Origin: Eubacteriales bacterium
GTDB taxonomy: Bacteria > Bacillota > Clostridia > Oscillospirales > CAG-272
NCBI GenBank assembly: GCA_045602205.1
Contig: JAZSBF010000053.1
Span: forward strand, 1-53,170
Reading direction: 5' to 3'
DNA: 53,170 nt
Shown here one piece after another: positions 20,862 to 29,584 of the stretch. The position numbers were made by a program, and so were the translations under genes. The notes under the pieces were generated by a model, which worked only from the letters and a program-made list of their open reading frames with translations, was not told the DNA's origin and ran no database searches. Position 1 is the stretch's first letter. Every line of letters starts with the position of its first letter.

Positions 20862-20959
20862 TTAGCTTATCTTCACGATGCCGAGCCTCGTAAATTCAAA
20901 GAATTTACATCCTTTGCGCAAAAAGTAAATTAAAAAAGGCGAACGTTGGCGCAAAGAGT

Positions 20960-20977
20960 AAATCCTGTCGGACAGGC
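20960..20977 (+). repeat. Orphan copy of the 3-prime end of tRNA-Arg (T-loop to acceptor 3-prime strand)
   Basis: AAATCCTGTCGGACAGGC compared with tRNA positions 20800-20817 AAATCCTGTCGGGCAGGC gives 17 of 18 identical. No 5-prime half and no CCA are present. Confidence 0.7.
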
Positions 20978-21017
20978 AAAAAAAACAACAAGTTTCGACA
21001 GAACTTGTTGTTTTTTT
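20978..21017. terminator. Bidirectional terminator
   Basis: Stem AACAACAAGTT / AACTTGTTGTT (20985-21012), flanked by A8 upstream and T7 downstream. Confidence 0.7.
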
Positions 21018-21037
21018 ATCCATTGCGACAGCAATAG

Positions 21038-21147
21038 TATATCATCACGCATTAGCGTGTATCTCATCACCGAAGGTGTATATCATCAACAAAGGCAGAC
21101 GACCGTCTGCCTTTGTTGTATCTCATCACGCTTAGCGTGTATATCAT
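21038..21147. repeat. Hairpin array A: four hairpins bracketed by five TAT[A/C]TCAT octamers
   Basis: Octamers start at 21038, 21060, 21079, 21119 and 21140. Hairpins lie at 21046-21059, 21068-21078, 21087-21118 and 21127-21139. See findings. Confidence 0.75.
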
Positions 21148-21512
21148 CCCTTGGGTTTCCCCGCAGAAAATATCGCCGCGATATATCCAAAGCATATAGC
21201 GGCGGCAATTCCGCCTGACGCAGCGCTAAGACCGCCGCTGAGCGCACCGATAAGCCCCTTTTCGTCAACAGCCTCGCGTACTCCCTTTGATATGAGATAT
21301 CCAAACCCCGTAAGCGGGGTCGTAGCTCCTGCGCCCGCAAACTCAACGAGCGGCTTGTATAATCCTATCGCGCCGAGTACGACTCCTGCCACAACGTAAC
21401 AAACAAGTATCCTTGCAGGTGTCAGGCGAGTCCTGTCTATCAGTATCTGCGCTATCACGCAAAAAGCTCCGCCCACCAAAAACGCCCATATATATTTCAC
21501 AAAAATATCCAT
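21144..21512 (-). CDS. spoVAE: Stage V sporulation protein AE (SpoVAEB type)
   Basis: Reads YIWAFLVGGAFCVIAQILID...ATTPLTGFG...FSAGKPKG, closely resembling SpoVAEB, 122 aa. Confidence 0.9.
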   Translation of the reverse strand: MDIFVKYIWAFLVGGAFCVIAQILIDRTRLTPARILVCYVVAGVVLGAIGLYKPLVEFAGAGATTPLTGFGYLISKGVREAVDEKGLIGALSGGLSAASGGIAAAICFGYIAAIFSAGKPKG

Positions 21513-21515
21513 ACA

Positions 21516-22520
21516 CTATCTTCCCTTCGGCTTGCAAAGCCTTATCAAATGTGCGACCGCGGGGATAGCCTCTCCCTGCTGAATACTCGACGGACTCATC
21601 ATAGCTCCCGTCCCCATCACAAGCACGTTTGAAAGCTCTCCGCGCATAAGTCTCGGTATCAGATACGAGCCTGTCACCACCGCCGAGCATCCGCATCCCG
21701 AGCCGCCCGAATGCATATCCTGCTTTTTTATATCATATATCATCGTTCCGCAGTCATTGTATTTCTTTCTCAGGTCGTGTCCCTCGCGAAGCATAAGCTC
21801 ACAGAGAATAGAGCCCCCCTCAGCTCCGAGATCTCCCGTCACTATAAGGTCAAAATCCTCTTCGCTTTTTCCGCTCGCCTCAAAATATCTGAGAAGCGTG
21901 TGAGCCGCCGCGGGCGCCATCGCCGCCCCCATATTGTTTGCGTCGTTTATTCCCTTCTCAACTACCACTCCCGGCATAGCCTCGCATATTCTCACACCGT
22001 CTCCGCGGCCTATTATAAACGCCCCCGAGCCCGTGACCGTCCACTGTGCCGTAGGCGGACGCTGTCCTCCGTACTCTATGGGAGTCCTGTATTGACGCTC
22101 CGCCGAGCTGTTATGCGACGAGGTCACGGCGGCAGATACGTCAAAATATCCCGCCGATGTCACCATCGCCGACAGCATTATTCCCTCGACTGCCGTGGAG
22201 CAAGCTCCGTATAATCCTAAATATGGGATATCAAAATCCAAAAGCCCATAGGACGAGCCAACGCATTGATTAAGCAGGTCTCCCGCAAAGATAATATCTA
22301 TATCGCGCTCCGAAAAGCCTATCTTTGACGCCGCGCAGTTAAGCGCAAGTCTCTGCATCTCACTCTCTGCCTTTTCCCAGGTCTTTTTGCCAAATCTGTC
22401 GGTGACGTCGTGTATGTCGAAGCAGTCGCCTATCGGTCCTTCGTGCTCGCATTTTCCCACTACCGTACCGGTAGACAAAAATGATATGTCATCCGAAAAT
22501 TTAATTATCTTATTCTGCAT
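21516..22520 (-). CDS. spoVAD: Stage V sporulation protein AD (thiolase-fold, DPA-binding)
   Basis: 334 aa with a thiolase-like pattern typical of SpoVAD. Lies directly upstream of spoVAE. Confidence 0.9.
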   Translation of the reverse strand: MQNKIIKFSDDISFLSTGTVVGKCEHEGPIGDCFDIHDVTDRFGKKTWEKAESEMQRLALNCAASKIGFSERDIDIIFAGDLLNQCVGSSYGLLDFDIPYLGLYGACSTAVEGIMLSAMVTSAGYFDVSAAVTSSHNSSAERQYRTPIEYGGQRPPTAQWTVTGSGAFIIGRGDGVRICEAMPGVVVEKGINDANNMGAAMAPAAAHTLLRYFEASGKSEEDFDLIVTGDLGAEGGSILCELMLREGHDLRKKYNDCGTMIYDIKKQDMHSGGSGCGCSAVVTGSYLIPRLMRGELSNVLVMGTGAMMSPSSIQQGEAIPAVAHLIRLCKPKGR

Positions 22521-22593
22521 TTTTCGTATCTTCCGCCCAAAAAATAATATATAATTTTGTCAATATTATTTGCAAAAAAATTTTATATATACC

Positions 22594-22622
22594 TTGAAAA
22601 AAAAGATGTTGTATGTTATAAT
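22594..22622 (+). promoter_or_regulatory. Candidate promoter of the nucleoside phosphorylase gene
   Basis: TTGAAA (22594-22599), a 17 nt spacer, then TATAAT (22617-22622). Confidence 0.5.
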
Positions 22623-22714
22623 AAAATTTAGTATAAAAATTTTGCAAATAACTGCTGAAATATCCCACAAAAAAGCTGAAACTATCCTTTGTGTAGTAAG
22701 CTTTAGGAGAATTT

Positions 22715-23494
22715 ATGCTGAGTACCCATAAAAAACAGTATCACATCAACGTAAGCGCCGATGAGGTCGGCGAATTTTGCATACTTCCGGGAGACCCCGC
22801 AAGGTGTGAAAAAATCGCCGCTTACCTTCAGAACGCCACTCGCGTTGGTATGAACAGAGAATACAACATCTATAACGGCTATCTCGAAGGTCACAGGGTC
22901 ACCGTTTGCTCAACGGGCATCGGAGGTCCTTCAACCGCTATCGCTGTTGAGGAGCTTGCCGCTTGCGGAGCAAAAACGATGATCCGTGTCGGCACGTGCG
23001 GAGGCATTTCTCTTGACGTCAAGGCGGGCGACATCGTTATCGCCTCTGCCGCTATCCGTCAGGACGGAACGTCGCGCGAATACGCGCCGCTTGAGTTCCC
23101 TGCCGTATCCGATACAAGCGTTCTCTTTTCTCTGGCGGAATCAGCCAAAGAGCTTGGCGCTCGCTATCATACGGGCGTAGTTCAAAGCAAGGATTCATTT
23201 TACGGTCAACACTCTCCCGAAAGAATGCCGATAGCAAGCGAGCTTCAAGCAAAATGGGAGGCGTGGAAACGCCTTGGAGTGCTTGCGAGCGAAATGGAGG
23301 CTTCTACTCTTTTCACCGTCGGCGCATCTCTTGGGCTTCGTTGCGGAGCTGTGTTCTCGTCTGTTTGGAATCAAGAGCGGCATCTTGCAGGTCTTGACTC
23401 TGATGACGCCGAAGTTCACGACACAGATCTTGCCGTAAAGTGCGCGGTCAACGCGCTGAAGATACTCATCAAAAATTCAAATCAAAACACTTGA
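22715..23494 (+). CDS. udp: Uridine/purine nucleoside phosphorylase (PNP_UDP_1 family)
   Basis: Reads HINVSADEVGEFCILPGDPARCEKIA...RVGTCGG...EMEASTLF. AGGAGA lies 5 nt upstream. Confidence 0.82.
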   Translation: MLSTHKKQYHINVSADEVGEFCILPGDPARCEKIAAYLQNATRVGMNREYNIYNGYLEGHRVTVCSTGIGGPSTAIAVEELAACGAKTMIRVGTCGGISLDVKAGDIVIASAAIRQDGTSREYAPLEFPAVSDTSVLFSLAESAKELGARYHTGVVQSKDSFYGQHSPERMPIASELQAKWEAWKRLGVLASEMEASTLFTVGASLGLRCGAVFSSVWNQERHLAGLDSDDAEVHDTDLAVKCAVNALKILIKNSNQNT

Positions 23495-23581
23495 AAAATT
23501 AAAATTTAAAGCTAATATCCATTGCATCGCTGTAAGAGCTCTGCAAGGCGATAAAAACTTTCTAATTTTTTTCATTTGTGC

Positions 23582-23610
23582 TTGACACTCAAAGTCGCGT
23601 ATGTTATAAT
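23582..23610 (+). promoter_or_regulatory. Promoter of the SH3 lipoprotein gene
   Basis: TTGACA (23582-23587), a 17 nt spacer, then TATAAT (23605-23610). This leaves a leader of about 110 nt. Confidence 0.55.
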
Positions 23611-23727
23611 CAATGTATATAAACACTATATCTTGTGTGTTTTTTGCTTATACTGCCGATATTTTTGGTTTTTTCGGATGTTTGCAGTGTCTTATACAAA
23701 TAACACAAAATTAAGGAGAAATAAAAA

Positions 23728-24462
23728 ATGAAGAAATTTATTGCACTTTTTCTGGTTCTTGTATTGGCATTTTCTTTTATCCTCGTTTCCTGTGACAAGG
23801 GAGACGAAGGCAACACAGAAGAACCTTCCGAAAGCGAAGACGATCTCGGTTTTAATCCCTTTTTCACAACAGGTACAGGCACGGGCACAGGTACGGGCTC
23901 TGCCGCTTCCATAGGAAAAACTCACACAGATTTTCAGTGGACAGACGATCCAAACGGAACTACAGTCTACGTTGTTGCTGACGGTGTCAGCGTAAGAAGC
24001 GATACAAACTCATCAAAGGATGACAGCAACGACACATGGAGAGCTACGGCTAAATTTAGCGAATCCTATAAGAGAATCAGATACAACGAATATTGGACAC
24101 AGATAGATTATAAGGGCAACCAGTATTACATATCCTCCAAATATGTAACAACGGACAACGGTAAGATCACCTTTACACCCGACGCGGCTGAGACCACTGT
24201 ATACGTTATAGCAAGCACCCTCAACCTCCGCTCCAGCACATACGTAGGGGATGACGCTGACAACCTTAGAACTTCTGTAACCAAGGGCGTTGCGCTTACA
24301 CGTATAGCAACAAGCGCTAACGGTTCTTGGATAAAGGTAAGAATCACCTATACTCCACACGGAGAAACCACTCCTAAAACCGAAGAGCTTTATTGTAAGG
24401 CAGAGTTTGTTTCCGCAAATGCGGAAGCAGCTGTAACTACTGCTCCTCCCCTTCTTGGCTAA
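23728..24462 (+). CDS. Lipoprotein with two bacterial SH3-like domains and a (Thr-Gly)5 linker
   Basis: Lipobox LVSC. Contains TTGTGTGTGTGS and two repeats of the type VYV(V/I)A..(V/L)N(V/L)RS. AAGGAGA RBS. Confidence 0.78.
   Translation: MKKFIALFLVLVLAFSFILVSCDKGDEGNTEEPSESEDDLGFNPFFTTGTGTGTGTGSAASIGKTHTDFQWTDDPNGTTVYVVADGVSVRSDTNSSKDDSNDTWRATAKFSESYKRIRYNEYWTQIDYKGNQYYISSKYVTTDNGKITFTPDAAETTVYVIASTLNLRSSTYVGDDADNLRTSVTKGVALTRIATSANGSWIKVRITYTPHGETTPKTEELYCKAEFVSANAEAAVTTAPPLLG
23869..23898 (+). repeat. In-frame hexanucleotide repeat (ACNGGN)5
   Basis: acaggtacaggcacgggcacaggtacgggc, encoding TGTGTGTGTG. Confidence 0.85.
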
Positions 24463-24477
24463 TAATTAAAAACTTTT

Positions 24478-24556
24478 GGGGCTGATTCATTCAGCCCCTT
24501 TAATTTTATAATAAATTTTTGGCGGCTTCACGGAATAGGTGAAGCCGCCTCGTTTT
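24478..24556. terminator. Two tandem hairpins between convergent genes (SH3 lipoprotein and nrnA)
   Basis: GGGGCTGA/TCAGCCCC (24478-24498) followed by TTTAATTTT. GGCGGCTTCAC/GTGAAGCCGCC (24521-24549) followed by TCGTTTTATT. Confidence 0.65.
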
Positions 24557-24568
24557 ATTATTAAAGCT

Positions 24569-25582
24569 TTAATCCATAAGCTCGCTAATGGCTCTTACGA
24601 GCATTTTTTCAACATCCTCAATGCTTCCTACCTCAATAGTGCACCCCGCGGCTTTTTTGTGCCCGCCGCCGCCAAATTTCGCGCATACCGCGGATACATC
24701 AAAATCACAGTTAGAACGCATAGAAACTCTGAAAACATCATTGTCCTCGGGCTGTCGTATCGCAAATGCCACCTCAACTCCGCTAAGAGCTCTCGGAATA
24801 TCTATGATAGTCTCAAGATGCTCGTCGGATATATTGAGCGAGAATTTGGAGGAATAGGGGAATGTAACGTAGGCTATTCTGCCTCCCTTGCAGACCGATA
24901 TCCATCTTGCCGCCTCACCCTCAGCCTTTATCTGCTTAAGAGTTTTCGCCTCAAACAATCTGTGGTTGATATCAGCCGTGTTTACTCCAAGCTCAAGCAG
25001 CTCCGCCGCGTATCTGTGTGTCGCGGGGGTTACGTTAGAATACTTGAAGCAGCCCGTGTCGGAGCTTATAGCCGCGTAAAGACAGATAGCCACCTTATCC
25101 GATATCTTCGCTATCCTGCCCTTCTCAAGAAGCCACTTCGCAATATCGAAGATTATCTCGGCACTTGCCGCCGCCTCGGGACGTATATAATTGTCTGCGT
25201 AAACATTGCCCTCGGCGTGATGGTCTATCATAATGTCGATATCTCGGCGTAGCTTTTCAAATATATCGCCGAGCTGCTGGGGCGATGCCGAATCAACGCT
25301 TATAACTCTCTCGTGTCCGCCAAGCAGATCCTCATCATAAAGCGCGCTTCCCTGCACGTCCTCACACAAAAATCTGAGTCGTTCGGGTATCTCGTCGACG
25401 CACGCGCATATGGCGAAAATACCCATGTCGTTAAGAAGCGCCCTGAGCGCAAAGGCAGAGCCTATCGCATCGGCATCGGGTCTTCTGTGATAAACTATAA
25501 GCGTTGTTTTTTTCTGACATATCCTTTCGCAAAGCTCCTCAAAAGAAAGCGCCTTAAACTGATTTGAAAATATATCGTTCAT
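24569..25582 (-). CDS. nrnA: DHH-family phosphoesterase (NrnA-type oligoribonuclease / pAp phosphatase)
   Basis: Contains HRRPDADAIGSAFAL, MIDHH and GGGHKKAAG (DHH/DHHA1 motifs). Confidence 0.85.
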   Translation of the reverse strand: MNDIFSNQFKALSFEELCERICQKKTTLIVYHRRPDADAIGSAFALRALLNDMGIFAICACVDEIPERLRFLCEDVQGSALYDEDLLGGHERVISVDSASPQQLGDIFEKLRRDIDIMIDHHAEGNVYADNYIRPEAAASAEIIFDIAKWLLEKGRIAKISDKVAICLYAAISSDTGCFKYSNVTPATHRYAAELLELGVNTADINHRLFEAKTLKQIKAEGEAARWISVCKGGRIAYVTFPYSSKFSLNISDEHLETIIDIPRALSGVEVAFAIRQPEDNDVFRVSMRSNCDFDVSAVCAKFGGGGHKKAAGCTIEVGSIEDVEKMLVRAISELMD

Positions 25583-25586
25583 CTCG

Positions 25587-25964
25587 TCATTCCTCCGAAG
25601 ACTCGTCGGTCTCCTCGTCCTCCTTGGATATCTCTATACCCGAAAGTATCTTGGATATATGCGCTCCGTATGCGATAGAATTATCCTCAAAGAATGTAAG
25701 CTCTGGTGTCATTCTGAGATTTATCCTGCGGGCAAGCTGACCTCTTATATATCCCGCCGAGGACTTGAGTCCCTTATATATCTCCTTCTTGTCTCCCATA
25801 AGAACCGAATAATAGACCTTAGCAAACTTGAGGTCAGGCGTTGCCTCGACTCCCGTTATACTGATAAACGCTCCGCTGACCCTCGGGTCTTTCACCTCTC
25901 TGAGTATCTCGGATATCTCCTTTTGCATCTCGTCGTTTATTCTTCCCTGTCTGTGTTTAGCCAT
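25587..25964 (-). CDS. rbfA: Ribosome-binding factor A
   Basis: Reads RINDEMQKEISEILREVKDPRV...TPDLKFAKVYYS, with an acidic tail. Confidence 0.92.
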   Translation of the reverse strand: MAKHRQGRINDEMQKEISEILREVKDPRVSGAFISITGVEATPDLKFAKVYYSVLMGDKKEIYKGLKSSAGYIRGQLARRINLRMTPELTFFEDNSIAYGAHISKILSGIEISKEDEETDESSEE

Positions 25965-26034
25965 ATATGTCTCCTAAAAAAATCATTTAACGTTAGTATT
26001 ATACCACATCTCCCGAATAAAATCAAGAAAAGTT

Positions 26035-27099
26035 TTACACGCAGATCAAATTGAGATCCCACGCGGGCAGGTATCTGTATCTTCTCAAATACAGGCGATA
26101 ATCGGGCGCAAGCTCCTTTATAAGAAGCGGGAGTTCGAATATATCCTCGCTTCTGTGGTATACAGACACAAGAAGTGCCGGCGAATGTTTTCTTATAGTC
26201 GCAACAGAGCCTAAGATCGCTTCCCTCTCCGAGCCCTCGACATCGTATTTTATATAGTCCACACTATCGGCTATCACTCCGTCAAGCTTCCTTGCGGACA
26301 CCTGAACCACCTTTCCCGTACTCGATATGTTCGAGTTTCGGTTGCCGCCCGCGTCAAACTCAAGTATCGTGTCCTCGCACCACGCCGCAGAATTCAGAGC
26401 GTCGACGCAAAATCTTTTCTCGCTCTCGGCGTAAAGCGAGAGCTTTTTATAATTTCTCCTGTCGGGCTCGAAGGCATAGACCTTCTCAAGCGAGGGCGCA
26501 TATTCCGCAAGCTCTCTGACAGTATCTCCGTTATAAGCGCCAAGGTCGGCGGCGCATCTCACTTTTTGCGCCCCGATAAGCTTCCTATAAACCTCGTCCT
26601 TCCCAGAAACAGCCTCCATAAGCGGTGGTATCCTTCCCGTAAGCTTGTATTCTATCACCCTCTCGAATATAAACCTTGACTCGTCGTCGGCGAGAATAGA
26701 GTACACCTCATCTATCTTTTCTCTGTTTGCAAGATAAAAATCCATATCAAACAGGTTGTCCCCAAAAACGGGCACGTCGGGAGCATACAGCTCACACTCG
26801 GAGGCAATTCTCTCTATATTCTCTATAACATCGGGCAAAGAGGAGGCAAAGGAAAGCAAAACTATAATATTTTCCGCGCCGTATTTCGCCTTCACGTCAG
26901 AATACGAGAGGACCGTCTTTCCGTGAAAGGTGTGTCCGCGCACAAATCCGTCGCTCGCGAAGAAATCCGACACGGATATTTCCCTCTCCTCGCAGACTCT
27001 CAGTATCTTGTCCGCTCCGTTGCCCATTCCGTACATTACAACAGTTTTTTCAGTTTCGGCAAGATATTGCCACAGGTCTCTGTCTATCTTCAAATTCAT
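26035..27099 (-). CDS. FkbM-family SAM-dependent methyltransferase
   Basis: The C-terminal half reads DLGAYNGDTVRE...YAFEPDRRNYKKL...IKYDVEGSEREAI, FkbM-like. Confidence 0.78.
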   Translation of the reverse strand: MNLKIDRDLWQYLAETEKTVVMYGMGNGADKILRVCEEREISVSDFFASDGFVRGHTFHGKTVLSYSDVKAKYGAENIIVLLSFASSLPDVIENIERIASECELYAPDVPVFGDNLFDMDFYLANREKIDEVYSILADDESRFIFERVIEYKLTGRIPPLMEAVSGKDEVYRKLIGAQKVRCAADLGAYNGDTVRELAEYAPSLEKVYAFEPDRRNYKKLSLYAESEKRFCVDALNSAAWCEDTILEFDAGGNRNSNISSTGKVVQVSARKLDGVIADSVDYIKYDVEGSEREAILGSVATIRKHSPALLVSVYHRSEDIFELPLLIKELAPDYRLYLRRYRYLPAWDLNLICV

Positions 27100-27184
27100 C
27101 TGCTCACCTTGACTTTTTTTAAAAAATGTGTTAAAATTATTCTGTCATATTTATATTTTAACACAAAATAAAGGAGATTTCAAT

Positions 27185-27523
27185 ATGGACTGCATTTTCT
27201 GTAAAATAATCGATCAGCAGATCCCCTCAAAAAAAGCTTACGAGGACGATTACTGCTATGCCTTTCACGATATAAATCCCCAGACTCCAACACATATTCT
27301 TGTTGTCCCGAAGCTCCATATCGCATCTGTTGACGAAGTCAACTCCGAGAACAGCATATACGTTTCAAAAATATTCGAAGCAATTCCCAAGATCGCGGCA
27401 GAAGCAGGACTTGAGGGCGGATACAGAGTTATCTCCAACTGCGGAGACGATGCTTGTCAGACAGTAAAGCACCTGCATTTTCATATAATGGGCGGACGCA
27501 AGATGCCCGAAAATATGGGTTGA
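27185..27523 (+). CDS. HIT-family (histidine triad) nucleotide hydrolase
   Basis: Reads MDCIFCKII...HILVVPK...HLHFHIMGG. AAAGGAGA lies 7 nt before the ATG at 27185. Confidence 0.9.
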   Translation: MDCIFCKIIDQQIPSKKAYEDDYCYAFHDINPQTPTHILVVPKLHIASVDEVNSENSIYVSKIFEAIPKIAAEAGLEGGYRVISNCGDDACQTVKHLHFHIMGGRKMPENMG

Positions 27524-27524
27524 T

Positions 27525-29486
27525 ATGGGACCGGGTGGATTCGGAGGACCTCCTCCAAAAAAGGAGCAAAACCGCACTCAGCCGCCAAAGTCGTTCTCGG
27601 ATATCCCAAGATTCATAAAAGAAATCTTCAAGGGCTTTTTCTCCCGCCTTTTCTATATATTTGAGCTTGTATGGAAAACGGGAAAATGGATACTCATATC
27701 ACTTATCCTCATAGCGCTTATGGAAGGACTTTTGCCAATAGCCACCTCGCTTATCTCAAAGGAGATACTCAACGAGCTGCAAAACGTAATCTCGGCAAGA
27801 GTGCTATCCGAGTCGAGCGGTGTAGCCACCCAAACTGTATTTTGGGGCTCTATGGCGATGTTCCTCTTGATATTCTTCTTTATCTTCAGGATACTCAGCA
27901 CGCTGATAACAAGGCTTAACAGCGCTATTACGAGAATAGCAGGCGAAAAGGTCGTAAGATACGTAAGGGTTCAGATAATGGAAAAGGCAAAAACTGTTGA
28001 CCTTGCCTCATTCGATATGCCTGATTTTTACGAAAGTCTTGAGAACGCCAACCGTGAGGCAGGCAACAAGCCTATTCACGTGCTCTCCTCGACACTTCAT
28101 TCTATAAGTCTTATAATATCTCTCGTAAGCTATATCATCATTCTTGCAACAGCCCCGGGTATGTGGTGGACTGCTATTGTGATGCTTGTAGTCTCTGTTC
28201 CCTCGGCTATCATAAATTTCACTTACAGAAAAAAGAACTTTATGTATATGAGGCGCAAGTCGATTGACAGACGTCAGATGAACTACTACTCCGAGCTTAT
28301 GGTAAACAAGGATATGGTCAAGGAGATAAGAATGTTCGGTCTTGCCGATGAATTTATCGGAAGATATGATTCTGTTTTCTCCAAATATTACGCAGGAATA
28401 AGAAAGCTTATAATCAAGGAGAATTTCTGGCACATCACCACCGCGCTCATATCCTCGGTAATAAACTGCGTATTCTTTGCGGCGATAGCAATATTGGTCT
28501 TTGAGGGAAGGATACAGATAGGAGACTATCAGCTCTATACTAACTCCCTCACCTCAATAGCATCGACTGTCGCCTCTCTCATATCAATATCGGCAACGGT
28601 ATACGAGGGCACTCTGTTTATAGACAATCTCATTTCCTTTATGGATGAAAAGCCAACTGTCATTCCCTCGCTCGAAAAGCCGATAATACCCGAGTACGGC
28701 GTTCCTCATACGATAGAATTCAAAAACGTCAGCTTTTCTTATCCGGGCACTTCCCGCAAGGTTATTGACGGCGTAAGCTTTACGATAAATTCGGGCGAGA
28801 CTCTCGTTCTCGTCGGTCTTAACGGTGCGGGAAAGACTACACTGCTCAAGCTGCTTACCCGACTCTACGACCCCACCGAGGGAGAGATACTGCTTGACGG
28901 AAGAAACATAAAGGAATATGATGTAAACGCTCTCTATAAGCTTTTCGGAATAATCTTTCAGGATTTTGGTAAGTATGCTGTTACGGTTTCGGAAAATATC
29001 GCCTTTGGAAATATATCCGACACCGCCGATGACGCACGCATACGCAATGCCGCACTTCAGGCAAACGCCGAGGATTACATTATGGCTCTGCCAAACGCCT
29101 ACAACACCTCTCTTATGAAATATTTCGACCAAAACGGTATAGAGCTGTCTATCGGTCAGTGGCAAAAGCTCTCTATCGCGAGGGCCTTTTACAGCGAATC
29201 CGATATAATAATCCTCGACGAGCCAACAGCGTCACTTGACGCTATCGCAGAGCAGGAGATATTCAATCAGTTTGAACGTCTGAGAAAGGACAAAACAACG
29301 ATTTTCGTCTCTCACAGACTTTCAAGCGCCACGATAGCCTCGAAAATAATCGTTCTTGAGAATGGAAAGATAATCGAGGAGGGTAACCATAAGGCGCTTA
29401 TGGCGCTTGGCGGAAAGTATCACAAGCTCTTTAGCGTGCAGGCTAAAAGGTATATAACAAGCGATATTTCAAGTGAAGATATGTAA
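27525..29486 (+). CDS. ABC exporter, fused permease plus ATPase (MsbA/type I exporter-like)
   Basis: Six-TM N-terminal half. Walker A is GLNGAGKTT, the signature is LSIGQWQKLSIARA, and Walker B is IIILDEPT. The start lies 1 nt after the HIT stop. Confidence 0.9.
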   Translation: MGPGGFGGPPPKKEQNRTQPPKSFSDIPRFIKEIFKGFFSRLFYIFELVWKTGKWILISLILIALMEGLLPIATSLISKEILNELQNVISARVLSESSGVATQTVFWGSMAMFLLIFFFIFRILSTLITRLNSAITRIAGEKVVRYVRVQIMEKAKTVDLASFDMPDFYESLENANREAGNKPIHVLSSTLHSISLIISLVSYIIILATAPGMWWTAIVMLVVSVPSAIINFTYRKKNFMYMRRKSIDRRQMNYYSELMVNKDMVKEIRMFGLADEFIGRYDSVFSKYYAGIRKLIIKENFWHITTALISSVINCVFFAAIAILVFEGRIQIGDYQLYTNSLTSIASTVASLISISATVYEGTLFIDNLISFMDEKPTVIPSLEKPIIPEYGVPHTIEFKNVSFSYPGTSRKVIDGVSFTINSGETLVLVGLNGAGKTTLLKLLTRLYDPTEGEILLDGRNIKEYDVNALYKLFGIIFQDFGKYAVTVSENIAFGNISDTADDARIRNAALQANAEDYIMALPNAYNTSLMKYFDQNGIELSIGQWQKLSIARAFYSESDIIILDEPTASLDAIAEQEIFNQFERLRKDKTTIFVSHRLSSATIASKIIVLENGKIIEEGNHKALMALGGKYHKLFSVQAKRYITSDISSEDM

Positions 29487-29555
29487 AAATTAAAGCACAA
29501 ACCCTCACCTAAAGTCACTTTTTTAGTTGGTTATTACAAAATATCTGAAAAGTGA

Positions 29556-29584
29556 TTGACAAGTTGACAAAATATCAATATAAT
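29556..29584 (+). promoter_or_regulatory. Candidate promoter of the aspartokinase gene
   Basis: TTGACA (29556-29561), a 17 nt spacer, then TATAAT (29579-29584). Confidence 0.45.

Noticed and set aside
20590-20893. ORFs 20590-20838 (minus) and 20618-20893 (plus)
   Set aside because: Both overlap the tRNA-Arg gene and its terminator hairpin. Neither has an RBS, and neither looks protein-like.
21038-21147. Hairpin arrays (this one and 52171-52387) as CRISPR arrays or integron attC sites
   Set aside because: The conserved units are only 8-9 nt, and the variable parts are self-complementary rather than unique spacers. There is no GTTRRRY/RYYYAAC attC core, and no cas or intI genes lie in the window.
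22521-22600. A sigma-G/sigma-F promoter for spoVAD
   Set aside because: The only candidate (GTATA ... CAAATAA) has the wrong spacing. I cannot support a call from sequence alone.
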